This document shows positions 40,388 to 50,020 of a DNA stretch of 64,000 bases, piece after piece. The notes below the pieces were generated by a model. That model was given only the letters and a program-made list of their open reading frames with translations. It did not search any database and had not been told where the DNA came from. Source of the stretch: Synechococcus sp. (lineage in GTDB: Bacteria; Cyanobacteriota; Cyanobacteriia; PCC-6307; Cyanobiaceae); NCBI GenBank assembly GCA_047285535.1, contig JBJBDC010000001.1, positions 2,912,136 to 2,976,135 on the forward strand, read 5' to 3'. Position numbers and translations under genes: made by a program. Numbering within the stretch: position 1 is the stretch's first letter; every line of letters begins with the position of its first letter.

Positions 40388-41650
40388 TCATGGCTTGGGG
40401 TAACACCATCCATCATCGGTGATTTCGTATTTTTTCTCCAGGTCTAATTTTTCTGTAAAGATATACATAAAGTAGTCGCTACTGTTTTCACGCTTTACGC
40501 ATTTTGCGAAAAGGATCGGCTTTTGGTTAAAGCATTTTTTGTCCCTATAGAAATCAATCTGGGTAATCATATGCTTTTTGATTTGATCCTCATTGGTGCA
40601 TTTGAATAGTTCTTCAGTTGTATTGAAGTCGGGTGGAAGAACAAAGATTAATGCATCAACGTAATTGGGATCATTGGCGATGGCAGAAACGATTGGTACT
40701 TCGTTCCAGCCCCAATATGTTTTTACGTCAGGATTTCTGCTCCACTCGGCTCTTCTTTCCCAAAGACGATTTTGTATTGCGATCATGTCATGGGGATTGT
40801 TCACCCATCCAATAGTGTCGGCCTTGAAATCCCAATGAGCACATGAATCTTCTCCTTTCCAGTCAAAGTTATTTGCTGCTGTAATGAATTGATCGACATA
40901 GTTGTCCCAGTCGTGATCGCCTTTGAGGTCATAATTAATCCCCCAGAAGTATCCTAGGTAGCTGTTTTGATCTAAGAATTTATATTCCTTCGTAAATTCT
41001 TGGAAATGATCATCAGCATGAAGACCAGTTCCTCCTCCATTGTGTGGCCCTCCTGTTAAAGGGTTGCCCATATGTAAATTCATACTTGAGTCTTTGAATT
41101 CAGCAGGAGGGCATGGACCTGCTGTCCAAAGTCCATCAGCACCTTGAGTCCAATTAAATTGAGGAACTGAGCGCTTATCTGAGTTTCCATCATGCGGGTA
41201 AAACACACCGCATCCATAGATGGTTTCATTCGTTTTAGTATTGATGTCATACATATGGTAATAATATTCTTTTGGATAGCCATTAGCTGTCGGGAAAAAT
41301 CCGTTGTCTAAGATGTTTGCATACACAGCAACAAGAGTAGGAACTTGCCACGCGGTCCCATCTGCACCACCCCAGTCATCATTGGAACAATCCAAACCAT
41401 TTCGTAAGAATGGATAACACTGATTGGCAGCAGTTATATTCCGTTGCCACATTGTTGCTATTGATATTTGGTGTCCCGGATCGATTCCGTCATCCCAATT
41501 TCTAATGATCACTCCGGGCCAATAGGGGTTTGAATCGACATTCGTGTCTGGTTTAACCGGTTTATAGTCAAAAGCCTTATTGAGTAGATCGCAAAACTTT
41601 CTGGGGGAGCTTGTGGTGGTTTGTGGACTTGCCATCGTGCTGATAGTCAT
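40388..41650 (-). CDS. Hypothetical protein (420 aa; Trp/Cys/Asp-rich)
   Basis: Long ORF with an AGGAG RBS upstream and its own terminator; no family confidently recognised. Confidence 0.85.
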   Translation of the reverse strand: MTISTMASPQTTTSSPRKFCDLLNKAFDYKPVKPDTNVDSNPYWPGVIIRNWDDGIDPGHQISIATMWQRNITAANQCYPFLRNGLDCSNDDWGGADGTAWQVPTLVAVYANILDNGFFPTANGYPKEYYYHMYDINTKTNETIYGCGVFYPHDGNSDKRSVPQFNWTQGADGLWTAGPCPPAEFKDSSMNLHMGNPLTGGPHNGGGTGLHADDHFQEFTKEYKFLDQNSYLGYFWGINYDLKGDHDWDNYVDQFITAANNFDWKGEDSCAHWDFKADTIGWVNNPHDMIAIQNRLWERRAEWSRNPDVKTYWGWNEVPIVSAIANDPNYVDALIFVLPPDFNTTEELFKCTNEDQIKKHMITQIDFYRDKKCFNQKPILFAKCVKRENSSDYFMYIFTEKLDLEKKYEITDDGWCYPKP

Positions 41651-41730
41651 GGGTTTCTCCTGTAGAGATCTAATGAATGTGAGCTTTTGAATGGAATGAA
41701 GCTTGATGGGTAGCTAACCCTGTGGATTGA

Positions 41731-41904
41731 TCACCCACCGCAACGACAATCACAAGTTTCTATGCCATGTCCTGGCCCTTGATTGAAGTGACCACTGGCG
41801 CAAGCTTCAGAGCAGAAGCGCTTGATGCCACGCTCTGCTGCTTTGGCTTCAGCCCCATTGCATGAGCAAAGCGGCCATTCGCACCTCACAAGAATTGCTG
41901 TCAT
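41731..41904 (-). CDS. bmtA: Bacterial metallothionein (SmtA/BmtA family)
   Basis: MTAILVRCEWPLCSC...FCSEACASGH...CDCRCGG; GGAG RBS; 8 Cys + 2 His in 57 aa. Confidence 0.82.
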   Translation of the reverse strand: MTAILVRCEWPLCSCNGAEAKAAERGIKRFCSEACASGHFNQGPGHGIETCDCRCGG

Positions 41905-43183
41905 GGGAGTCTCCGAAAAAGACCCCTTCGGTCTATGCCTGCTGCCTGATGCCTGGAAGCTGGGACAGCCGTCCTTCAAGGTACGGTTTCAGGACTTGTT
42001 CTGATGTGTCTTGCAGAGGAGCATGTTCTCCTGCTGATCCGCCGGGGTTTTCTAGAAAGGTTGTCTCTTCGTCGATGAATGACGCGGGAAATGGCACTGC
42101 TTGGCCTATCACCACTAGATGCTGTCGTGGTATGCGGCTACCAACATCTGTTGCACATTAGGGATCAAGTTGAAGCAATGCCCGTTATCAAAATGAGAAT
42201 ATCCTTGACGCTTGCAAATTAAAAACATCTTGATCGATCGTTTAGGAGGAGAGTCCAAGGCATTGGACTCTCCTTTGAATGAATGGCCTTAGGTGACAAA
42301 CATTCAATTGAAGTGTGTTTCCCCTGAGTCTGAACAACTGAGAGATAAGAACTAATTTCGCTATGAGGACACACTCAATCCATGAGGAACAAAACCACTC
42401 GTCTTGTCGTCCATCGCGATGCGATCGGTCTGACGCTGATGTCATGGCATGACGACCCAGGAAAGAGGAGGTGAGATCGCCTGATGCGAGAATAAAAAAT
42501 CTGGAACAGAAGGCAAGATCATCTTCGCGAGATAAGCTTCGATCGGGCAAGCCTGGCAAGATTCCCAGCTACGTAAAGCAATTTAAAGAAGTTTCAATCA
42601 AGGGTCTGCAGTTCTAAGGTTGTGCTTGACAGATAACCGTCGCACTTTTAGGTTTAAAAGGTAGTTTGCTATGGTTTAATCAGGTCATCAGTCAGCAGAT
42701 CTCTTTTGAGGGCTTGAATTCCCTGCGCTGAGGAAGCAGAACTTTTAAGCTCTTAAGATTTGCTATTCATCACTTTCAACCTGCAATTCATGCTCAGCAT
42801 TGATTACGGGAATCCAGCTGAAAATTGCTAGATGCTTAGGTCCCTAGTGCTGATTTTGTCGGCTTGAAAATTGACCGCTCAAGTTTGTCTTCGGACTGCT
42901 CTTCTTGCGTAGATGCATTTTCCTTTTTCATGCATGAATATTGTTGAATCCAAAATTTCAATTCAACAATTATATGGATGAAGAATGGCCTTAAGCGTCA
43001 CACTTTTTAAGGAAAAAGAGTTCTACGGTATGGATTTGAGCTTAAGTAGGCATCAATCTTGAGGCTCTTTTGACTGGCCTTCAGAGTCTTTACCGGTGAT
43101 CAGTGGATTGCTGGGATGCAATAAGAAAAGCATTCTATTGCAAATTCATTTTTCAAGGTTCCTGTTTCTCTCGCAAGAGATTT

Positions 43184-43582
43184 ATGAAAACTCTTACGCA
43201 TTTAGATGCACAAAACTTACTCTTCGCTCAGGGCACTTCTGTTGTCATCCCAGAGGGGTTCACCTCCATTGGCCATGGCGCTTTCCTTCGTACTGAACTG
43301 CAGAGTGTTGTCATCCCAGAAGGCATCACTTCTATTGGTGATTTCGCCTTCGACACCACACTATTAACGAGTGTTGTCATCCCAGAAAGCGTCATCTCCA
43401 TTGGTCGTTTCGCCTTCAGGAGAGCTCCACTGACTAGTGTTGTCCTCCCAGAAGGTGTCTCTATTGGTAATGATGCCTTCGTCGGTGTTCCGCTGGCCAG
43501 TGTTGTCATCCCTCCGGGAGCGACAATTGACCCTACAGCCTTCGATGTTGGGGTGAATTTGATTACATACTCCAACCATTAA
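43184..43582 (+). CDS. BspA/TpLRR-type leucine-rich repeat protein
   Basis: Five SVVIPxGxTSIGxxAF repeats. Confidence 0.85.
   Translation: MKTLTHLDAQNLLFAQGTSVVIPEGFTSIGHGAFLRTELQSVVIPEGITSIGDFAFDTTLLTSVVIPESVISIGRFAFRRAPLTSVVLPEGVSIGNDAFVGVPLASVVIPPGATIDPTAFDVGVNLITYSNH
43241..43545 (+). repeat. Intragenic tandem repeat, 66/63-bp unit
   Basis: GTTGTC(A/C)TCCC recurs at 43241, 43307, 43373, 43439 and 43502. Confidence 0.85.
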
Positions 43583-44363
43583 GAATGAATCAACATCTAT
43601 AGCCATCATCTCTGCTTTCGTCGATACGATCTTAGCCCCGATACTCGTTGAGTTTCGTGATGCTGAGCTGAAAGTCTGCGAATGAATCAGCATGGGCATT
43701 GAAGCAACCGAATTGCTTTTTGAGTATTAATGGATAGTCCTCAACTCAACCCTTTGACACCATTGAAACGTTCAATCGAATTCACTCTGGATTCACGTTG
43801 ATCAGGAACTTTGAGTTCAGTATTGAGATCATCGTCGCTGGGTTAATGCTGGACATAGTCTTGACGGAGAGGAGCTGTCGTCGGCATCCGAATCATTGCT
43901 GATGCAGACAGCACTCATGCCAACAACCGAGATGACATTGTTGGGTTGTCTTAGATCATATCCATCGACAAGAGGTGTGCTCCCTTTCAGGATTGGAGAT
44001 CGGGGCGCAAGGGATGCACTATGACCCCCATGACAATGACCTCTGCCAGAAGACTTAAGGATCAGAACCAAACTCATCGCAGCAGCGATCGCCTTTGGCT
44101 CTTTGGCCGCTTCAGCCACTGCCGATGAAGCCAAGAACAGGCTCTCGTTCACGAAGGTTCTGCAGAAGCAATGAAGAGTTGATTGCGCTTCCCCCAGCAC
44201 TCAAACGATCAAGGATTGTTCCGCCTCAACAACCAAATCGATCGGCGTTGAACACATCGTCCTGACCCAAGATTCTTGACCAAGCAGGGTGATGTCCTTT
44301 CTGCCTTGCGTCTGCACACCTTCTGTTTGCACACAATGTCAATAGACATTGGAAGGCCTACAG

Positions 44364-45284
44364 ATGCCCAGCCTAGAACTCGCCCACGTCATCGATCACC
44401 TTCATGGCCTGGCCGCTGATGTCAGCGCTGCCGTTGATCTCGAAGAAAATCGGCGCGTGTCAGACCGTTTCGGCGATGCGCATCCTTCGGCGCGGGACTT
44501 TGAGGCCGAGGTGCGTGAGATTCGCGTCGAAGACGTGCCCTGCGAGTGGCTGCTCGCCCCCGGCGCGGATCCGGATCGCAGGCTCCTCTACATCCATGGC
44601 GGCGGCTGGACTGCGGGCGGTCTTGATTCGCATCGCCCGCTCTCGGCGCGCCTCTCGGCTGCCACTGGCTGCGCCGTCCTTGCCGTCGCCTACCGCCTCG
44701 CTCCCGAGCACCCTTACCCGGCCGGTCTTGACGACTGTCTCCTCTGCTACGGCTGGCTTCGCGAAAACGGCCCAACCGGCGCAGGCCTGGCGCGGAGCGT
44801 GTTCGTGGCGGGTGACTCTGCTGGCGGAAATCTCACCCTCGCGCTGCTGCTCGCTCTGAAGCAGCGCGGATTGATGCTTCCGAACGCCGCGGTGCCGATC
44901 TCGCCAGCCACCGATTTCCTTGCGACGGGAGATTCCTACCGAACGCGCGCCGATCGCGACCCGATCCTCACCATGGGCCCCGATGGCATGCGCCAGGTCG
45001 CGGACGTCTACCTGCAAGGCAACGCCAAACCCGAAGATCCGCTCGTCTCACCGCTCTACGGCGACTTCGCCGGCCTTCCCCCGCTCCTCTTCCACGTTGG
45101 CGATGCCGAGGTGCTTCTTGATGACTCGACCCAAACTGCCGAGAAAGCCCGCGCCGCAGGCGTTGACGTTACGCTTCGCGTCTATCCCGACATGCCCCAC
45201 GTATGGCATGTGTTCGCTCCCTACCTCCCGGAAGCAACCCAAGCCATAGAGGAGATCGGCAGCTTCGTGAGAAAGCACGGTTGA
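44364..45284 (+). CDS. Alpha/beta hydrolase, HSL (family IV) esterase
   Basis: HGGG oxyanion motif, YRLAPEH, GDSAGG nucleophile, EVLLDD, HVW. Confidence 0.93.
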   Translation: MPSLELAHVIDHLHGLAADVSAAVDLEENRRVSDRFGDAHPSARDFEAEVREIRVEDVPCEWLLAPGADPDRRLLYIHGGGWTAGGLDSHRPLSARLSAATGCAVLAVAYRLAPEHPYPAGLDDCLLCYGWLRENGPTGAGLARSVFVAGDSAGGNLTLALLLALKQRGLMLPNAAVPISPATDFLATGDSYRTRADRDPILTMGPDGMRQVADVYLQGNAKPEDPLVSPLYGDFAGLPPLLFHVGDAEVLLDDSTQTAEKARAAGVDVTLRVYPDMPHVWHVFAPYLPEATQAIEEIGSFVRKHG

Positions 45285-45569
45285 GGCGAGAGCCGCCTGG
45301 AGCATCTCTGGCATCATGGTGTTGGCCGGGACCCGGAACGTCTGCCAATCCTCCCTCGTTGCTTCGCTCCAATCCTTCATGACGATGTCGATCGGGTGGC
45401 GATGGGATGTAGGGCTGCCCGTTAGCGAAGGTTTCCGTTTGTTTGTTTGGCTTGGAATTGGTGAAAGAGTGACAGGTAGTGCTCAAATCCAGGCGAGCAT
45501 CATGGAATTCTTTTTGTGTTAGAAATTGGTTTTCGTTTTCATCAATGCGTGAGGATTTGATCGTGCCAC

Positions 45570-46559
45570 TTATGTGGAAAACCTTTGAATTAAAGAAAAA
45601 TAAAGGGGGATGCCAACAATGATATTGAATGGAAACGTCACGCCAAGCGCGGCAGAAAGGTAAAGGCTGGGATTTGCTTTTGGCAGCGCTGTTCTCATGG
45701 CAGCGGGCACCGCGATGTAAGAAGCACTGGCACTGAGAATGACAAATAGGAGTGCATTGCCAGGCTCCAGGCTAAAGAATGCGGCTAAAGCGATGGCGAT
45801 ACAGGCATTGAGGAGTGGAAATAAGATGGAAAAAGCAATCAGGAAAATGCCACTTTTTCTTAATTCACTGATCCGCGAGCCTGCAGATATTCCCATTTCC
45901 AGCAAAAAGAGGCATAGAACCCCATAGAAAATTTGGTTGGTGAATGGAGCAATCTTTTCCACGCCTGAATGATCAAAAAATTCGGAGAGCGCCCCTGTTA
46001 TAAGGGCTCCAATGAGTAAGAAAACTGATGTATTTAAAATTGAAGTTTGGATGATATTGTTTAAGCTTGTCTTCTTTTTAATTCCCCCTTCCGCCGGGCT
46101 TTTCGACTTTTCATAGAGTATTAATCCCATCACGATCGCCGGAGATTCCATTAAAGCAAGTGCTGCAATCATGAATCCAGAGTGTGGAACTTGGATTTCA
46201 TTGAGAAACGAGCTAGCGGTGATGAAGGTGACTGCACTGATGGAGCCGAATGATGCAGCCAAGGCGGCAGAATCTTCCGGATCAAAGCGTTGTCTGAGGA
46301 TTGGGAATCCATAAATTGGTACGATGACTGCCATTACAAAGCAGAGAAAAAGAATTTTCAACACTGATGCGCTTAATCCGCTGAGAACCAGCTCTACACC
46401 ACCCTTGAAGCCAATCGATATCAGGAGGTAAATGGAGAATAGTTTGGAAATTGGCGGTGGAATTTCAAGATTGATCCGCAGCAGGACGGCTGTAATTCCC
46501 ATGACAAAGAATAAGACAGCGGGAGAGAAAATATTCTCTAAAATCAGGCTTTGATTCAC
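45570..46559 (-). CDS. sbtA: Sodium-dependent bicarbonate transporter family permease
   Basis: IGFKGG, FGSISAVTF, MESPAI, SASYIAVPAA, TFPFNI. Confidence 0.9.
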   Translation of the reverse strand: MNQSLILENIFSPAVLFFVMGITAVLLRINLEIPPPISKLFSIYLLISIGFKGGVELVLSGLSASVLKILFLCFVMAVIVPIYGFPILRQRFDPEDSAALAASFGSISAVTFITASSFLNEIQVPHSGFMIAALALMESPAIVMGLILYEKSKSPAEGGIKKKTSLNNIIQTSILNTSVFLLIGALITGALSEFFDHSGVEKIAPFTNQIFYGVLCLFLLEMGISAGSRISELRKSGIFLIAFSILFPLLNACIAIALAAFFSLEPGNALLFVILSASASYIAVPAAMRTALPKANPSLYLSAALGVTFPFNIIVGIPLYFSLIQRFST

Positions 46560-47067
46560 TCTCGCAAGGCTTCTTGTGTGATGTTACCGTTTGCTAGGAA
46601 GGCTGCAAGCCTGCTGGATTTGTATTGAGAGGCTGCTTTTCTTGTCTTGGTCGATAACTATAGGCGGTTGATTTTGCGCTTGTCTCTTCCTGATCGATGG
46701 ATTGATCGTGAAAGGTGATTCGCTGATCACTCTTCCTGATCACTGCAAACCGGTTGAGCTGAGGAGGTTTTCTTTGGGAACGATCAAGAGGTGGATTCCT
46801 GATCCCAATTCAAAATTCTTGGTTCGTTTTCCATGGCTTGCCAGATGAAGATGAGCACGAGCATTGGTTCGTACCGAAACGATCGGCTTGTCACCAGCTC
46901 CCTCCAAGATAGTTCGTGGAGTTAAAGCTGATGGAGCCACTGGCTCAGAGCATGAAAAGAAGGAAGGCAACCAGCAAAGCGGGTCTTCATCCCCCAAAGC
47001 TCTTTTCCGTGCGCCAGTGAAACGATGATTGGAGTCAGTGAGAGCTCCCGCCAAGACGATGGGGCAT

Positions 47068-48681
47068 TCAGGTGATCTCGTCTTGGTTGTCCTGTAGGGA
47101 ATCCTTATCGATCTGGTTGTAGTAGCCCTGAGTCTTTTCCGATAGTTGCTCCAGCCAGGGTGACTCAAGCCCAAGCGATGTTGAGTTCACGATGAGCGCA
47201 CGGTCTTCTCCCTCATGCTGCCGGTTGTTGTTCTCTCCGGCGTAGTAATTGGCCGTGGATTGATGATCCCAGCTTGACCAACCGCCACCATTGCGATCCC
47301 TATTGGGTTGACCGTCAGACATGAGATAAAGCGTGTCGGTTTCTGTGTCGTCAAAGGCTTGCTGGATGGCGTTCCATGGATCCGTGCCGCCCCATTTGGT
47401 GACCCTTGCATCATCCAGAGTGTTCACAAATGCAATGGCTGAATCCCTTTTCCCCTCATCCCCAAGCCTGACCAGTCCATCCGTGGATTCACTCCATTCC
47501 TTGTTGTTTCGATAGCTGCTGGAGCTGAATGATGTAATGCCTATTTTTGTGTTATTGGGCAATTGTTCCAGGATCATTGTCATCTCACTGATCAACGCTT
47601 CCATGCGTGTGAGAGCGCAAATTTGTCGTGTGTCCTGATAGCGCCCTCGGTTTGGGTTGTAGAACGTACGCCATGGCCCATATCCATCGCCCCACATCAC
47701 GCAGGCGCTCATGGATCCTGAACCATCGATGACGAAGCGCACATTGTTGCTGGTGATGTTTTGGAAGAATGCACCACTCAAGGGGCCGCCTTGACCCTCG
47801 CCTCCGAAGTTGTCAATGCGCTTGTCCGCTCTGGCGAAGGCTGTGAAATACAGGGGCTGAGAGGTCAGCTGCTTGTCGCCGACTCCAAGCTTATTGATGA
47901 AGCTCTGAGTGATGCTGTCTTCCTCTTGGCCACTCGCTGATTGGGTGGGATCAATGAATTTCACCAGCTTGTAGTTTGTGTCTGTTTCGATGCGAAGTGC
48001 CGGTTGTCGTTCACTTCGGCTGGGCGTTTTGCCCTCTGTGAATGTGAAGTTTGTTGATGCAAGAATCTGTGCCAGCGAAGGCCCATTGTCTGCGCAGACT
48101 GTGGACAAACTTTCGCCTTCTTTGAGCTCACTTTCCTTACGGCAGGGAATGGCACCAACGTGATCGATGACGCGTGATAAAAAGAGATTGGCGGTTTCTT
48201 TGTATTTGCCATCCGGATCGAGTGGTGCTCCGCAGCGTTCGATGCTGTAGCCCCCTGATCCAAGGCTGACACCATAAAGTACAGGCTTATTTAATTCAAC
48301 CATCTTGACGCCAAATAGTGGCTTAAAGGGTCGATTTCCCGCCAGTGCTGCACAATCGCTGAGGAGAGAGCTATAACGACTGTCGCTGAGATTGATGTGT
48401 GCTTGATCCTCAGAGGTGCTTTCCGTTTTGTTGATCACTAGATGCATACTGCGTTCCACTTCTGATCGCATTAATCGCAAGCCATTGATTGAATTTTGGC
48501 GAAGCGTTGTTTTTTCTTCTGACTGGTTGATCAAGGTGCCAGTGGATTGCAAAGCCGCGCCGGACGCCATGATTAACAGCGTTCCAACCCCTGATGCGAT
48601 GACCAGCTCACTCATGCCAGCGAAACCATTCCGCTTTTGTGGTTTACGGGGAATCGTGGATAGGAATGCTTTCATTGCCAT
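47068..48681 (-). CDS. Minor pilin (PilW-like) fused to a C-terminal vWA domain
   Basis: N-terminal RNG|FAGMSELVIA pilin-like helix; MIDAS residues DGSGS, GGT and MSDG. Confidence 0.82.
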   Translation of the reverse strand: MAMKAFLSTIPRKPQKRNGFAGMSELVIASGVGTLLIMASGAALQSTGTLINQSEEKTTLRQNSINGLRLMRSEVERSMHLVINKTESTSEDQAHINLSDSRYSSLLSDCAALAGNRPFKPLFGVKMVELNKPVLYGVSLGSGGYSIERCGAPLDPDGKYKETANLFLSRVIDHVGAIPCRKESELKEGESLSTVCADNGPSLAQILASTNFTFTEGKTPSRSERQPALRIETDTNYKLVKFIDPTQSASGQEEDSITQSFINKLGVGDKQLTSQPLYFTAFARADKRIDNFGGEGQGGPLSGAFFQNITSNNVRFVIDGSGSMSACVMWGDGYGPWRTFYNPNRGRYQDTRQICALTRMEALISEMTMILEQLPNNTKIGITSFSSSSYRNNKEWSESTDGLVRLGDEGKRDSAIAFVNTLDDARVTKWGGTDPWNAIQQAFDDTETDTLYLMSDGQPNRDRNGGGWSSWDHQSTANYYAGENNNRQHEGEDRALIVNSTSLGLESPWLEQLSEKTQGYYNQIDKDSLQDNQDEIT

Positions 48682-48781
48682 GATGTATCAACTGCTTGTT
48701 CTTCTTAATATCGTCGATAATTGCGGCTTGGATCTTTGCGCGTGATGATGATGAACTGAGCTCTATCTGAGGACTTTTAAC

Positions 48782-49450
48782 CTATTTCTCACAACTTGAT
48801 GTGGCTTCATTCCAGCTGGCGCTAAATACTGTACCGGTGCCGGAAATTTGTAAGCAACGTGTGCGCAGCCTTTGTTCACTGGTGTTCGTGGAACGAATGA
48901 GAAAGATCAGATCATCAGACATGGTGCTGGTCCCTGGGGGTGTTAATTCATAGGTTGCGGAATTAACAGCAACTTCCACGACCTGGGATTCAGCGGTGCC
49001 TTCTCGATCGACTAAACGTAATGATCGGTCACGTTGTACTTTGCTTTTCTGTAGAGAATCAGTGATGGATGATGCAAGTAAAGCTCCGATCTGTGGTCCA
49101 TAGGCGCAACCACTGGGTTCTCCTGCTTCCCTGATATCGCTATTGCAACATTCAAGGCGTTCAGGATGCTCGCCCATCTCCACCAGATCTGCCGGAGGTA
49201 CAAAATTATTTAGGCCCGAGTGATCAAACCTGATCGTGCAGCTTGTTTTTTGCTTGCCTAGCTTGGCACGAAGCCCAAAGAATCCCGCTTCAATTTGCTG
49301 GGTGTAGCGATCGACTTCGCCTTGTCGCATGTTTCGGATATAGGTGGGAATTGATGTTGACAGGCCAATCGTGATGATCACGATGCCTACCAGTAGTTCT
49401 AATAATGAGAATCCTTCAGATGGGTGTTCCTGCATCATGTTCTGTAGCAC
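48782..49450 (-). CDS. Minor pilin (FimT/FimU-like)
   Basis: G|FSLLELLVGIVII class III signal. Confidence 0.85.
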   Translation of the reverse strand: MLQNMMQEHPSEGFSLLELLVGIVIITIGLSTSIPTYIRNMRQGEVDRYTQQIEAGFFGLRAKLGKQKTSCTIRFDHSGLNNFVPPADLVEMGEHPERLECCNSDIREAGEPSGCAYGPQIGALLASSITDSLQKSKVQRDRSLRLVDREGTAESQVVEVAVNSATYELTPPGTSTMSDDLIFLIRSTNTSEQRLRTRCLQISGTGTVFSASWNEATSSCEK

Positions 49451-49926
49451 TGAGACGCAAAATTTGGACTCATTTCTATAACTCGGATTTCTTCCTCGAT
49501 TTGCTGTTCTGGCCCTTCAAAACTATAAATGATCTTGAGGATTCCTGGAATTGTATTGAAATCATAGGTGCGGGTGATCGTCGCTAGCCTTGGTTCCGGG
49601 ACAACAGATTGGAGGTGGTCACTTAAGGTGCCAGCCGGATTTTGGCAGGCCGTTTCGAAATCAACATTGGCATTATCTTTGATCCATTCTCGTGTGAAAT
49701 AAGAATCTTCTTTTTGCATGGTCTGAATGTTGTCATTGATCGCTGCTTCAATGCTGGCCCTGGTGGACGAATGCGCACTCACACTGAGGGCTGCTACGGA
49801 AAGTCTGCCCACGGCTGCGAGGGCGGAAGCTAGTAAAATTCCAGCAATCAGCACCTCTACCATGGTGAATCCATTGGCTGGCACCTTGTGTTGACTTTGG
49901 TGTCGATAGCGACCCTTGATATTCAC
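49435..49926 (-). CDS. Minor pilin (PilV-like)
   Basis: G|FTMVEVLIAGILL. Confidence 0.85.
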   Translation of the reverse strand: MNIKGRYRHQSQHKVPANGFTMVEVLIAGILLASALAAVGRLSVAALSVSAHSSTRASIEAAINDNIQTMQKEDSYFTREWIKDNANVDFETACQNPAGTLSDHLQSVVPEPRLATITRTYDFNTIPGILKIIYSFEGPEQQIEEEIRVIEMSPNFASQCYRT

Positions 49927-50020
49927 TCTGTGTTGTTAAATCAATGCGTGATTCATGAAACTACTTTTTCAGTTTAAATGTATTGATTCGCCCAATTCTG
50001 AAGGGGTAGTGAGAGTTGAA

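Noticed and set aside
42188..42208. TCAAAATGAGAATATCCTTGA, resembling a Zur/Fur box upstream of the metallothionein
   Set aside because: Only one half-site matches and it is about 285 bp from the start; not supportable without a motif scan.
43241..43545. 66-bp periodic repeats resembling a CRISPR array in spacing
   Set aside because: The repeats are in-frame coding LRR units with similar inter-repeat sequence, and there are no cas genes.
45285..45420. Protein-like fragment MKDWSEATREDWQTF... on the minus strand downstream of sbtA, considered as sbtB
   Set aside because: No PII motifs, and the frame runs antisense into the esterase; at most an unassignable relic.
46740..47174. 144-aa ORF overlapping the end of the vWA pilin
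   Set aside because: No motifs, an unclear start and a long overlap; cannot be supported.
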